53,534 bases of DNA from Gemmatimonadaceae bacterium (lineage in GTDB: Bacteria; Gemmatimonadota; Gemmatimonadetes; Gemmatimonadales; Gemmatimonadaceae). The stretch's first letter is position 1. Every line of letters starts with the position of its first letter. Location: assembly GCA_033763905.1 (NCBI GenBank), contig JANRJP010000029.1, forward strand, positions 1 to 53,534. The letters run 5' to 3'. The translations under genes were made by a program, and so were the position numbers. Below are positions 46,005 through 53,534 of the stretch, piece after piece. Below the pieces are notes generated by a model. The model saw only the letters and a list, made by a program, of their open reading frames with translations, searched no databases and was not told the DNA's origin.

Positions 46005-47362
46005 GCGGTCACCGTCGCGGGGAAGAACGCGGCGTGCAACCGACGCATCGCGTCGTGGACCTGATCGCCATCGACGAGAATCGTCAGGTTGATGCCGGTG
46101 GCACTGAGCGAGAGCATATGGACCCGCAGGCCGGCCAAGGCGCCGAGCGCGGTGGCCATCGCCGCGGCATCGTCGGCCAGCCCCGTCCCGACCAGCGAGA
46201 CGATGCCGCGGTTGCGTTCGACCGAGACGTCGCCGAGTTCACGCAGCTCGGAGACGATCGCCTCGAGCCGCGACGCATCGTCGAGCGTCACCGACACCGA
46301 GACTTCGGAGGTGGCGACGACGTCGATGCTGGTGCGGTGCCGCTCGAAGGCTTCGAAGATGCGCCGCGCGAAGCCGTGCGCGAGCAGCATCCGGCTCGAG
46401 CGCACCTTCACGATCGTGACGCCCGACTTCCCCGCCAGAGCCGTCACCGCGCGCACCGGCGCGTCGAAGGCGATGCGGGTGCCGCTGCCGTCGGGGCGCC
46501 GCGTGTTGAACACGTACACCGGAATGCTCTTCTGCACTGCCGGCGCGATCGTGCTGGGGTGAAGGACCTTGGCGCCGAACGACGCGAGCTCCGCCGCTTC
46601 GTCGAAGCGAATCGTCGGAATCAAACGCGCGTCGGGCACCACACGCGGATCGGCCGTCAGCATTCCGTCGACGTCGGTCCAGATCTCGATCGAGTCGGCC
46701 TGGAGCGCGGCCCCGATCAACGACGCGGAGTAATCGGAGCCACCGCGCCCTAGCGTCGTGGTGACGCGCTGGGACGTGCCACCGATGAAGCCGCCGAGCA
46801 CTGGCACGCGCCCGTCGCGCAAGACGGGCAGCAGCCGCGCGCGCGCCGCCTCGGCGATCAGCTCACGCTGCGGCGCCGCCTTGGTGAACTCGTCGTCGGT
46901 GATCATCACGTCCCGCGCATCGACGAGCGTCGCGGGAATGCCCCGCGCCCGAAACGCGTGGGCACAGAGAAGCGCGGAACAGATCTCACCCTTCGCCGCG
47001 ATGGCATCCAACGCCCGGGGGGTCGTGAACCCCAGGGTGTGGAGCGCGTCGGCCAAGCGCGAGATCTCGTCGAAGTGCGCGTCGAGCTCGGCGCGCACCT
47101 CGGCGAGCGACGCGTCGCCAGCGAGCAGCGCCGCGGCCTCTCGATGATGCCGCTCGCGCAAATCCTTGACCGCGCTCTGCGCTGGAATGATCTGCCCCTC
47201 GGCTGCCTGACGTGCCAGCCCCAGCAGCACGTTCGTGGCGCCGCCGAGCGCCGACACGACGACGATGGGCTCGCGCGGCAGACGACCGCGGACAATTTCC
47301 CCGGCGGCCGTGATGGCCGAGGCATCGGCGACGGATGTGCCGCCGAACTTCACGACGATCAC
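46001..47362 (-). CDS. lysC: Aspartate kinase (lysine-sensitive AK III-like)
   Basis: VVKFGGTSV, VVSA, TTLGRGGSDYSA, WTDVDG..TADP, GAKVLHP, ACT domains. Confidence 0.95.
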   Translation of the reverse strand: MIVVKFGGTSVADASAITAAGEIVRGRLPREPIVVVSALGGATNVLLGLARQAAEGQIIPAQSAVKDLRERHHREAAALLAGDASLAEVRAELDAHFDEISRLADALHTLGFTTPRALDAIAAKGEICSALLCAHAFRARGIPATLVDARDVMITDDEFTKAAPQRELIAEAARARLLPVLRDGRVPVLGGFIGGTSQRVTTTLGRGGSDYSASLIGAALQADSIEIWTDVDGMLTADPRVVPDARLIPTIRFDEAAELASFGAKVLHPSTIAPAVQKSIPVYVFNTRRPDGSGTRIAFDAPVRAVTALAGKSGVTIVKVRSSRMLLAHGFARRIFEAFERHRTSIDVVATSEVSVSVTLDDASRLEAIVSELRELGDVSVERNRGIVSLVGTGLADDAAAMATALGALAGLRVHMLSLSATGINLTILVDGDQVHDAMRRLHAAFFPATVTA

Positions 47363-48450
47363 GCGCGAACCTCCGGCAGCAGGCCGCGGCTCGCCAACCA
47401 CTCGGCGTTGAGCACCGACGCGCCGGCGGCACCAACGATCACGTTGTGGCCCAGCACGACGAGGCGCAGGTGCAGCACAGGGTCCGGACGCACGCGTCCC
47501 ACCACCACGCTCATCCCATCGCCGACCATCACGTCGCGCCGTGGCTGCGGCCGATTGGGCTGCTCGGCGAGCTGAATCGGCTGCGTGGGCGCACTCGGGA
47601 GCCCTCGCACTCCGACGGGCCCCTGCCACGCCCGCATCACCGCTGTGGCATCCTCCGGCGTTGGTGCACGCTCAAAGCCCAGCGACAGACAGGCGGTGTG
47701 GCCGTGCTCGACCGGGACGCGGTTCGCCTGTGCGCTGACGCGAATGCTCGCCGGCACGACACCCGACGGCCCAAGCGCGCCGAGCAGCTTGGGCAGTTCG
47801 GCCTCGATCTTGGGCTCTTCGTCCGCGATAAACGGAATGACGTTGCCCAGAATGTCGAGCGACGGGACACCCGGATACCCGGCGCCGGACACGGCCTGCA
47901 TCGTGGTGATGAAGCACTGCGTGAGCCCGAAGGCGTCGTGCAACGGCTTGAGCGCCATTGCCGCCACGGCCGCGGCGCAGTTGCTGTTCGTGATGATCGC
48001 GCCGGCCCACCCGCGCGCGGCGCGCTGCCGCGCGATCAGCGTCTGATGATCGGCGTTGACGTCCGGCACCACCAGCGGGACGTCCGCGTCCATCCGGTGG
48101 TTCTTGGCATTGGACAGCACCAGACGGCCCGCGCGCGCGAAGGCCTGTTCGACCTCGCCGGCGACCGACGAGTCGAGGGCGCTGAAGACGATCGGCGACC
48201 TCACGGCGGCAGGGTCGCAGGCCACGACCGGAAGATCGGCCGCCGCGGCGGGCACCTGCCCGCCGCCGATCCACGACGTGGCGTCGGCGTACCGCTTGCC
48301 GACGCTGCGCTCGCTCGCCGCGACTTCAGCGAGCGTGAACCACGGGTGCCCGTCGAGCAGTCGAATGAACGTTTGGCCGACCGCGCCCGTGGCACCGAGC
48401 ACGGCCACGGGCCAGCGGCGCCCGCCCGGCGGGGATGACACCGGGCTCAT
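47359..48450 (-). CDS. asd: Aspartate-semialdehyde dehydrogenase, archaeal/fungal-type lineage
   Basis: LGATGAVGQ, AASERS.GK.Y, SNAKNHRM..DVPLVVP, NSNC, QAVSGAGYPGV, GHN...GAAG. Confidence 0.94.
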   Translation of the reverse strand: MSPVSSPPGGRRWPVAVLGATGAVGQTFIRLLDGHPWFTLAEVAASERSVGKRYADATSWIGGGQVPAAAADLPVVACDPAAVRSPIVFSALDSSVAGEVEQAFARAGRLVLSNAKNHRMDADVPLVVPDVNADHQTLIARQRAARGWAGAIITNSNCAAAVAAMALKPLHDAFGLTQCFITTMQAVSGAGYPGVPSLDILGNVIPFIADEEPKIEAELPKLLGALGPSGVVPASIRVSAQANRVPVEHGHTACLSLGFERAPTPEDATAVMRAWQGPVGVRGLPSAPTQPIQLAEQPNRPQPRRDVMVGDGMSVVVGRVRPDPVLHLRLVVLGHNVIVGAAGASVLNAEWLASRGLLPEVRA

Positions 48451-49442
48451 TGGGCCAACAGGTGCCGGACGATCCGCTCGTAGGCGTCGACCGACGCCAC
48501 CAGCTCCGCCGTCTCGATGTACTCGTCCGGTGTGTGCGCCACGGTGATCGAGCCCGGCCCGAAAAGGAGCGGCGTTCCCCAGCGCCCGAGGAGCGGGATA
48601 TCCGACGTGTACGATACCGGCATCACGTCGAAGCCCGGGATGGTCTGGAAATGCTGCGCCGGGATGTACGACCCCCACTCCAACTCGGCGCGTCCGGCGG
48701 CCCACTGCTCCAGCGTTGCGCGGAGCGGGGCGATCTCCCCGACCACGCGGAACATCACTTCACTTTCGCACAGGCCGGGGATCACGTTGGCCTCGGATCC
48801 GCCACGAATGGTCCCGATGTTGAACGTCGTCGCCCCCAGCACGGGGTCCGTGGGGAACTCGAGGGCGTGCATCGTCGGCAGCAGCGCGAGCATCGGCTCG
48901 ATCGCCGATCGTCCGAGGTGCGGGTACGCGGAATGCGCTTCGCGCCCTCGAATGCGCACCATCACGCGCTGCGAGCCCTTGCACCCCGACGCGAGCTTGG
49001 ACTCGGTCGGTTCGCCGTTGACCAGAAAGCGGGACGTGGCGGGCAACTGGTTGGCCGCACGTGCACCATCGGACCCCTTCTCTTCTCCCACCACGAGCAA
49101 CAGGTCCACGCGCTCTTCGCCCTGCTCGGCGAGACGATCGGCGGCGACCATCATCGCCGCGGCGATGCCCTTGGCATCGCAGGCGCCGCGTCCCTTGAGT
49201 CGACCGCCATCCAGCGTCGGCGGCACGTAGGGCGGAACGGTGTCGAGGTGCGTCGACAGCGTCACCGCGCCGCGGCCGCGCGACGCCCAGACATTGCCGC
49301 GGCCCGGGGTGACTTCCTGTACGGTGACGTTCCAGCCGCGGGCAACCAGCCAGCGGGCCACGAAGTCCACCGCCTTGCCTTCGCGGCCGGTGGGGGACTC
49401 GATGGCGAGGAGTTCGGAGGCGAGAGCGATGACGTCGGTCAT
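48447..49442 (-). CDS. M20 deacylase (ArgE/DapE family), probable DapE by context
   Basis: THLDTVPP, GRGACDAKG, VGEE, GEPT, AHSAYP, AHTPDE. Confidence 0.85.
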   Translation of the reverse strand: MTDVIALASELLAIESPTGREGKAVDFVARWLVARGWNVTVQEVTPGRGNVWASRGRGAVTLSTHLDTVPPYVPPTLDGGRLKGRGACDAKGIAAAMMVAADRLAEQGEERVDLLLVVGEEKGSDGARAANQLPATSRFLVNGEPTESKLASGCKGSQRVMVRIRGREAHSAYPHLGRSAIEPMLALLPTMHALEFPTDPVLGATTFNIGTIRGGSEANVIPGLCESEVMFRVVGEIAPLRATLEQWAAGRAELEWGSYIPAQHFQTIPGFDVMPVSYTSDIPLLGRWGTPLLFGPGSITVAHTPDEYIETAELVASVDAYERIVRHLLAQ

Positions 49443-49450
49443 AGGCAGTG

Positions 49451-49480
49451 CGAATCTAACGGATCACCCCAGTAGATTCG
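49451..49480. promoter_or_regulatory. Symmetric divergent -10 pair / inverted repeat CGAATCTA-N14-TAGATTCG
   Basis: TAGATT on each strand, 10 nt and 7 nt before the divergent ATGs. Confidence 0.6.
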
Positions 49481-49485
49481 TTGGA

Positions 49486-50631
49486 ATGAACGAGGAGCGA
49501 CAGATTTTCTCGCAACGCCGTAGCTCCGGACCCGGTGCCCGGCGCCCGCGACGGCTCGGCACGGGCCTCGCGATGCCCGTGCTGATCGCCGGCCTCCTGG
49601 CGTGCGGCGGCCGCGAACCGGAACTCGCGGCGGGGCGCGGGCAGTTTCGAGGCGCCGAGGTCCGGGAGCCGCGACCGAAGCCCGATTTCACTCTCACCGC
49701 GACCGACGGCACTCCGTTCAACTTCCGTCGCGCCACGGAAGGCAAACTCACGCTGCTGTTCTTCGGCTACACGCACTGCCCCGATATCTGCCCAGTCCAC
49801 TTGGCTAACATCGGCGCCGTCCGGAAGAAGCTCACGCCCTCCGAGCGCGACCGAATGACGGTGGTGTTCGTCACCGTGGATCCGGACCGGGACTCCCTCC
49901 CGGTGATCCGCCGCTGGCTCGACAACTTCGATCGCGACTTCGTGGGCCTTCGCGGGACGCTCGATCAAGCGAACGCGATCCAGTTGGGACTGGACCTGCC
50001 GCCGACGCAGATCGCCGTGGACACGGAGGGCACCGTTGATGTCGCGCACGCGGCGCAGGTGCTTGTGTTTGCGCCCGACGGCAAACTGCGACTGGTCTAC
50101 CCGTTCGGCACGCGCCAAGACGACTGGGCCCACGACCTCCCGCTGCTGCTGACCGGCCGCTGGGTCGAACCTGCGGCAGGCGGAGCCAGCGCGATCGAAA
50201 CCGGCAGCGAAACGATTCGCATCGGCAACCTGCGCATCGAGAACGCTCGGGTTCCCGCGCTGCGCGGCGTCGCGACGGTGTCGGCGTACTTCACGGTCGA
50301 AAACGGCGCGGCCGAGGACGATTGGCTGGTCGGCATCGAGGCGCCTGGATTTGCCGGCTCGGCGATGCTCCACACGCAGGAGGTGTCGACGCTCGGCCAA
50401 GTGTCGATGGCGCGGCTCGACTCGATCCGACTTCCTGCCCAAGGGCGCCTGGTGTTCGCCCCGGGCGGCAACCACGTGATGCTCGAGCAACTGCTTCGCG
50501 AACCGCGGACCGGCGACCGGATTCCGTTGGTGCTTCGCTTTCGCCGCGCGGGGCGGGTGACGGTCCCGGCGCTTGGCGTTTCTCCGACCGACGGGCTGGC
50601 CACACCGGCCGCCGCGCCGCACTCGCACTGA
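49486..50631 (+). CDS. Lipoprotein fusion of Sco1/SenC and PCu(A)C copper chaperone domains
   Basis: Lipobox LLAC; Sco FFGYTHCPDICP..VTVDPDRD..VAH; PCuAC SAYF.VEN..D.L....LH..M......APGGNHVML. Confidence 0.9.
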   Translation: MNEERQIFSQRRSSGPGARRPRRLGTGLAMPVLIAGLLACGGREPELAAGRGQFRGAEVREPRPKPDFTLTATDGTPFNFRRATEGKLTLLFFGYTHCPDICPVHLANIGAVRKKLTPSERDRMTVVFVTVDPDRDSLPVIRRWLDNFDRDFVGLRGTLDQANAIQLGLDLPPTQIAVDTEGTVDVAHAAQVLVFAPDGKLRLVYPFGTRQDDWAHDLPLLLTGRWVEPAAGGASAIETGSETIRIGNLRIENARVPALRGVATVSAYFTVENGAAEDDWLVGIEAPGFAGSAMLHTQEVSTLGQVSMARLDSIRLPAQGRLVFAPGGNHVMLEQLLREPRTGDRIPLVLRFRRAGRVTVPALGVSPTDGLATPAAAPHSH

Positions 50632-50640
50632 GACCGAACG

Positions 50641-51450
50641 ATGCAATGGTGGTGTGCCGCGCGTGGTGAGACGTGGACGTGGACGTGGGCCGCGTACCCC
50701 GGCGTCTGGTTGGTCGTAGCGCTGGCAGCCTGGGGCACGTGGCGGCTGCAGCGGATCGGCGAAGGGGACCTCGCGTCGCCGCGGCCGTGGTGGCGGCTCC
50801 CTGCCGCGTGGGGCGCCGTGGTGCTGCTCTGGCTCACGCTCGACTGGCCGGTGGGCGCACTTGGCGCGGGCTATCTCGCGAGCGTGCACGCGGCCCAGTA
50901 TCTGTCGCTCGCGATGATAGTGCCCTCGTTGGCCCTGCTTGGCGTACCGCTGGGCGCGTGGGAGCGACTCGCGCGGCGCGACACGCTGGTGCGCGTGATC
51001 GGCATCGTGACACAGCCCTTCCGCGCGATGCTGTTCTTCACCGTGGTGATGGTGTTCTCCCACCAGCCGTGGCTGGTGGACGTACTGATGACCTCACCGC
51101 TCGGCAGCTTCGCGCTGGACGCCTCGTGGTTCGTCTCTGGCCTGGTGTTCTGGTGGAGTCTCTGCGTGCCGGTCCCCGCGCGGCCCAGCTTCGTGCCGCT
51201 GCTGCGCTTGTCGTACGTGTTCGGAGGCACGGTGGCGCACGTCTTCCTCGGGATGTGGATGCTGATCGCCGACTACCCGATCTTCGCCACGTATGAACTC
51301 GCGCCGCCGCTCCCGGGAATGACCGCAGTCAATGATCAGCAATGGGCCGGCGGCGTCTTCCTGATGATCGGGAGTCCGCTCGTCCTGCTCGTGATGACGC
51401 TGATCTTCTTTCGCTGGATCGGCACGGGCGAGGAACCGGAGCAGGCGTAA
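50641..51450 (+). CDS. ctaG: Caa3-type cytochrome c oxidase assembly factor CtaG
   Basis: Multi-TM protein with LDWPV..L...YLASVH.AQ, G.VFWW, DQQWAG. Confidence 0.8.
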   Translation: MQWWCAARGETWTWTWAAYPGVWLVVALAAWGTWRLQRIGEGDLASPRPWWRLPAAWGAVVLLWLTLDWPVGALGAGYLASVHAAQYLSLAMIVPSLALLGVPLGAWERLARRDTLVRVIGIVTQPFRAMLFFTVVMVFSHQPWLVDVLMTSPLGSFALDASWFVSGLVFWWSLCVPVPARPSFVPLLRLSYVFGGTVAHVFLGMWMLIADYPIFATYELAPPLPGMTAVNDQQWAGGVFLMIGSPLVLLVMTLIFFRWIGTGEEPEQA

Positions 51451-51479
51451 CGCCTGCGCCGGCCCTCCCGTCACCTGAC

Positions 51480-53534
51480 CTACACCGTGATCGCGAGCCC
51501 GCGGTAGATGCGGGCGCGATACCGCGAATCCTTCTCTTCCGGGAGCGGAGCGGCCGCCAACAGCACGGCGTGCGCAAAGCGCTCCTGCTCCTCCGCCTGC
51601 TCCGCGGCGTCGCGCGGCTCTTCGCTGCGCATCCGGCGCGTCAGATTCACCTGGTTGACCGGGACGTTCGTGTACAGGCGTTCGTTCTCGACGCCCAAGG
51701 TCGCCGTCAGCGCGTGGAGCGTCGTCTTCACGAAGTTGGCCAACGCGAACTGGGCCGGCGTCCCGCCTACCGGGACGTCCGGCGACACGAGAATGAGCCG
51801 CGTGCCCTTGTAGAGCGACACCTTGCGCGCCACGCGGAAGTGGTGCGTGAGATTGCCTTCGACCAACTCCGAGAACCCGGCGGCGTCGAGATGGTCATCG
51901 CCCTCGATGCCGAAGAGCACGCGCGGAATCGGCGTGAACGGCGTCGACACGACCGCGGACGGACAGCCGTACTTCACGAACGCCGCGTCCATCCCGCGCT
52001 CGAGGTCATCGCCCACCTCGTGGTACACCACCCGATCGTGGCCAAGTGCGCGGCCGATCGCCGCCCGAATCCCGGCTTCCGCCGCACTCGTCCGCGTGAG
52101 CAGGACCACCGTGCCGACGTGTGCCTCTGCGAGGAACAGCTTGGCCGCGCCGGCGATCTGCTCGTGCAGGTGTTCGGCAATGATCCAGACCGTGTCCCCT
52201 TCCATCCGGCGCAGGCGATCGGGCTTCGCGCGCCCGAACAGCTCGCGCTCGGTGATCGTGCGCTCCTGATGCAAGCCGCCGGACGGCTCGAAGGTCTCGC
52301 CCGAAATCGCGCGGTCGGCCATAAAGAACACCGTCGCCAGCGCCACGTCGGTCTCGCTCGGCATATGCCGCAAGTGCAACATCCCGAGCACGCCCTTCCG
52401 AATCTTGCCCGCCTCGGTTTCGAGCTCCGCGGGATTGAGGAACGGTTCCGACGGCACCGGCAGGTTGGCCAGCCACCGTTCCGCCACATCAGTGGCCCCC
52501 GGTCCCGCCGCGAGGAAGACGCCGCCGTGCGTCAAGCGGTCGATCAACCGGCGCGCGATGGCGGGCGTCATCAACTGGCGCACTGATGAGTACTGCGCGT
52601 CCGCCTGACCGCCCGCCTCGAGCGACTTCGCAAGATCGCGGAGCGCGGGGACGGTATCCTGCGCAATCAGGGCGCCGAGCGTGTTGTCCGCGGTGGCCTC
52701 GAACAGCTGTGCCAACGAGGCACCGCCGTCGAGGGCACGCAGAAACGCGCCGTGCACCTGATTCAGTCGCTTGTTCTCGTGAATGAGCTTGGCACGGCGC
52801 GCGAACAGGCCGGCCTTGCCATCCTTGCCCGCCAGTCGCTGGCCTTCCACCGGACCGGGCGCGATCGCATTGATCTGCACTTCAGGCCCGACGAAGCGCG
52901 CGAGATTCTCGACCAATGCCCGCTGCCCGGCCTTCGACACGGCGTAGTCGGCCCGGTTGGGATAGGGGACCGCGATGTACTTCTCGCCGCCGAAGTACGA
53001 GCTCACGTTGAGGATGTACCCCGAGCCCTGCCGCTTCATCAGCGGGACGATCTTCTCGATCAGCGAATAGTTCGACTCAAGGTTCGCACGCAACGTCGAG
53101 CGCCAGGCGTCGATATCCATATCGACGACCATCTGCTCGGCGCCGGCGACGCCGGCGTTGTTGACGAGGAAGTCGAGATGCCCGAACTCCGCGAGCGTCT
53201 TCTTGACCGCGTGACCGAGTGCCGACTCATCGCCGGCGTCGACATCGGCGATCATCAGCACGCGCTCGTGCGGCCGGTAGTAGCCGATATCCTCCAACTC
53301 CTTAACAATACCGTCGCGCATCTCGCGGAGCTGGTCCTCGCGCCGCGCCGTCAGCATCACGCGCGCACCGGCGATCGCCAGCAGGCGAGCGAGCTGCCCG
53401 CCGATGCCCGCCGAGCCGCCGGTAATCAGCGCCGTCTTGCCCAAGTGCAGGCCCATCAGCGACTCGATCCAGCCGAAGGTCGCCTTGGCCGATCCGGTCG
53501 CGTCGACGATCGACGGCGGCAGGTACAGGTTCAC
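51480..53534 (-). CDS. mcr: Malonyl-CoA reductase, Chloroflexus-type (MCR-C half; 5' part lies beyond the window)
   Basis: GWxESLxGLHLGKxALITGGSAGIGGQ, NVSSYFGGEK, PYPNRADYAVSKAGQRA, SGETFxPSGGL, QFALANFxKTTLHA, C-terminal RIYRGLAITV; colinear with the recalled C. aurantiacus Mcr. Confidence 0.92.
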   Translation of the reverse strand: MNLYLPPSIVDATGSAKATFGWIESLMGLHLGKTALITGGSAGIGGQLARLLAIAGARVMLTARREDQLREMRDGIVKELEDIGYYRPHERVLMIADVDAGDESALGHAVKKTLAEFGHLDFLVNNAGVAGAEQMVVDMDIDAWRSTLRANLESNYSLIEKIVPLMKRQGSGYILNVSSYFGGEKYIAVPYPNRADYAVSKAGQRALVENLARFVGPEVQINAIAPGPVEGQRLAGKDGKAGLFARRAKLIHENKRLNQVHGAFLRALDGGASLAQLFEATADNTLGALIAQDTVPALRDLAKSLEAGGQADAQYSSVRQLMTPAIARRLIDRLTHGGVFLAAGPGATDVAERWLANLPVPSEPFLNPAELETEAGKIRKGVLGMLHLRHMPSETDVALATVFFMADRAISGETFEPSGGLHQERTITERELFGRAKPDRLRRMEGDTVWIIAEHLHEQIAGAAKLFLAEAHVGTVVLLTRTSAAEAGIRAAIGRALGHDRVVYHEVGDDLERGMDAAFVKYGCPSAVVSTPFTPIPRVLFGIEGDDHLDAAGFSELVEGNLTHHFRVARKVSLYKGTRLILVSPDVPVGGTPAQFALANFVKTTLHALTATLGVENERLYTNVPVNQVNLTRRMRSEEPRDAAEQAEEQERFAHAVLLAAAPLPEEKDSRYRARIYRGLAITV

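Noticed and set aside
50660..50690. GACGTG tandem repeat at the start of ctaG
   Set aside because: Encodes TWTWTW in frame; a 6-nt unit cannot phase-shift the gene.

Overview
High-GC bacterial chromosomal segment, almost entirely minus-strand, densely packed and often translationally coupled core genes. Protein style and gene order suggest Gemmatimonadota, an inference from recalled similarity rather than a search. In order of transcription on the minus strand: (i) at the window edge, the C-terminal ~680 aa of a Chloroflexus-type malonyl-CoA reductase (mcr, hallmark of the 3-hydroxypropionate bi-cycle), the most unexpected gene here; (ii) a lysine/DAP operon, M20-asd-lysC-dapB-dapA-dapD-aroA-cmk, then a flavin-reductase-like gene and rpsA; (iii) plsY-like; (iv) an acyl-CoA carboxylase operon with an RlmD-like methyltransferase embedded in it; (v) rplM-rpsI-rpsB-tsf-pyrH-frr-uppS-cdsA-dxr-rseP; (vi) rpsO-pnp-M16 peptidase-ald-59 aa membrane ORF-dut-sensorless hybrid kinase; (vii) mreBCD-mrdA-rodA, then accD-folC-hisS-proS-lysA-phosphoesterase. 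The plus strand carries two paralogous Cache/HAMP hybrid kinases, a stand-alone TonB-C protein, a Sco-PCuAC fusion copper chaperone and CtaG. Non-coding signals: a 37-bp GGAGG-rich repeat just upstream of both the rpsO and rpsA promoters, a recurrent TA(G/A)NNT -10 box 6-10 nt before start codons (leaderless or short-leader mRNAs), a symmetric bidirectional promoter, and a peptidase whose conserved N-terminus lacks any ATG/GTG/TTG start. No rRNA, tRNA, CRISPR, transposase or prophage was seen.
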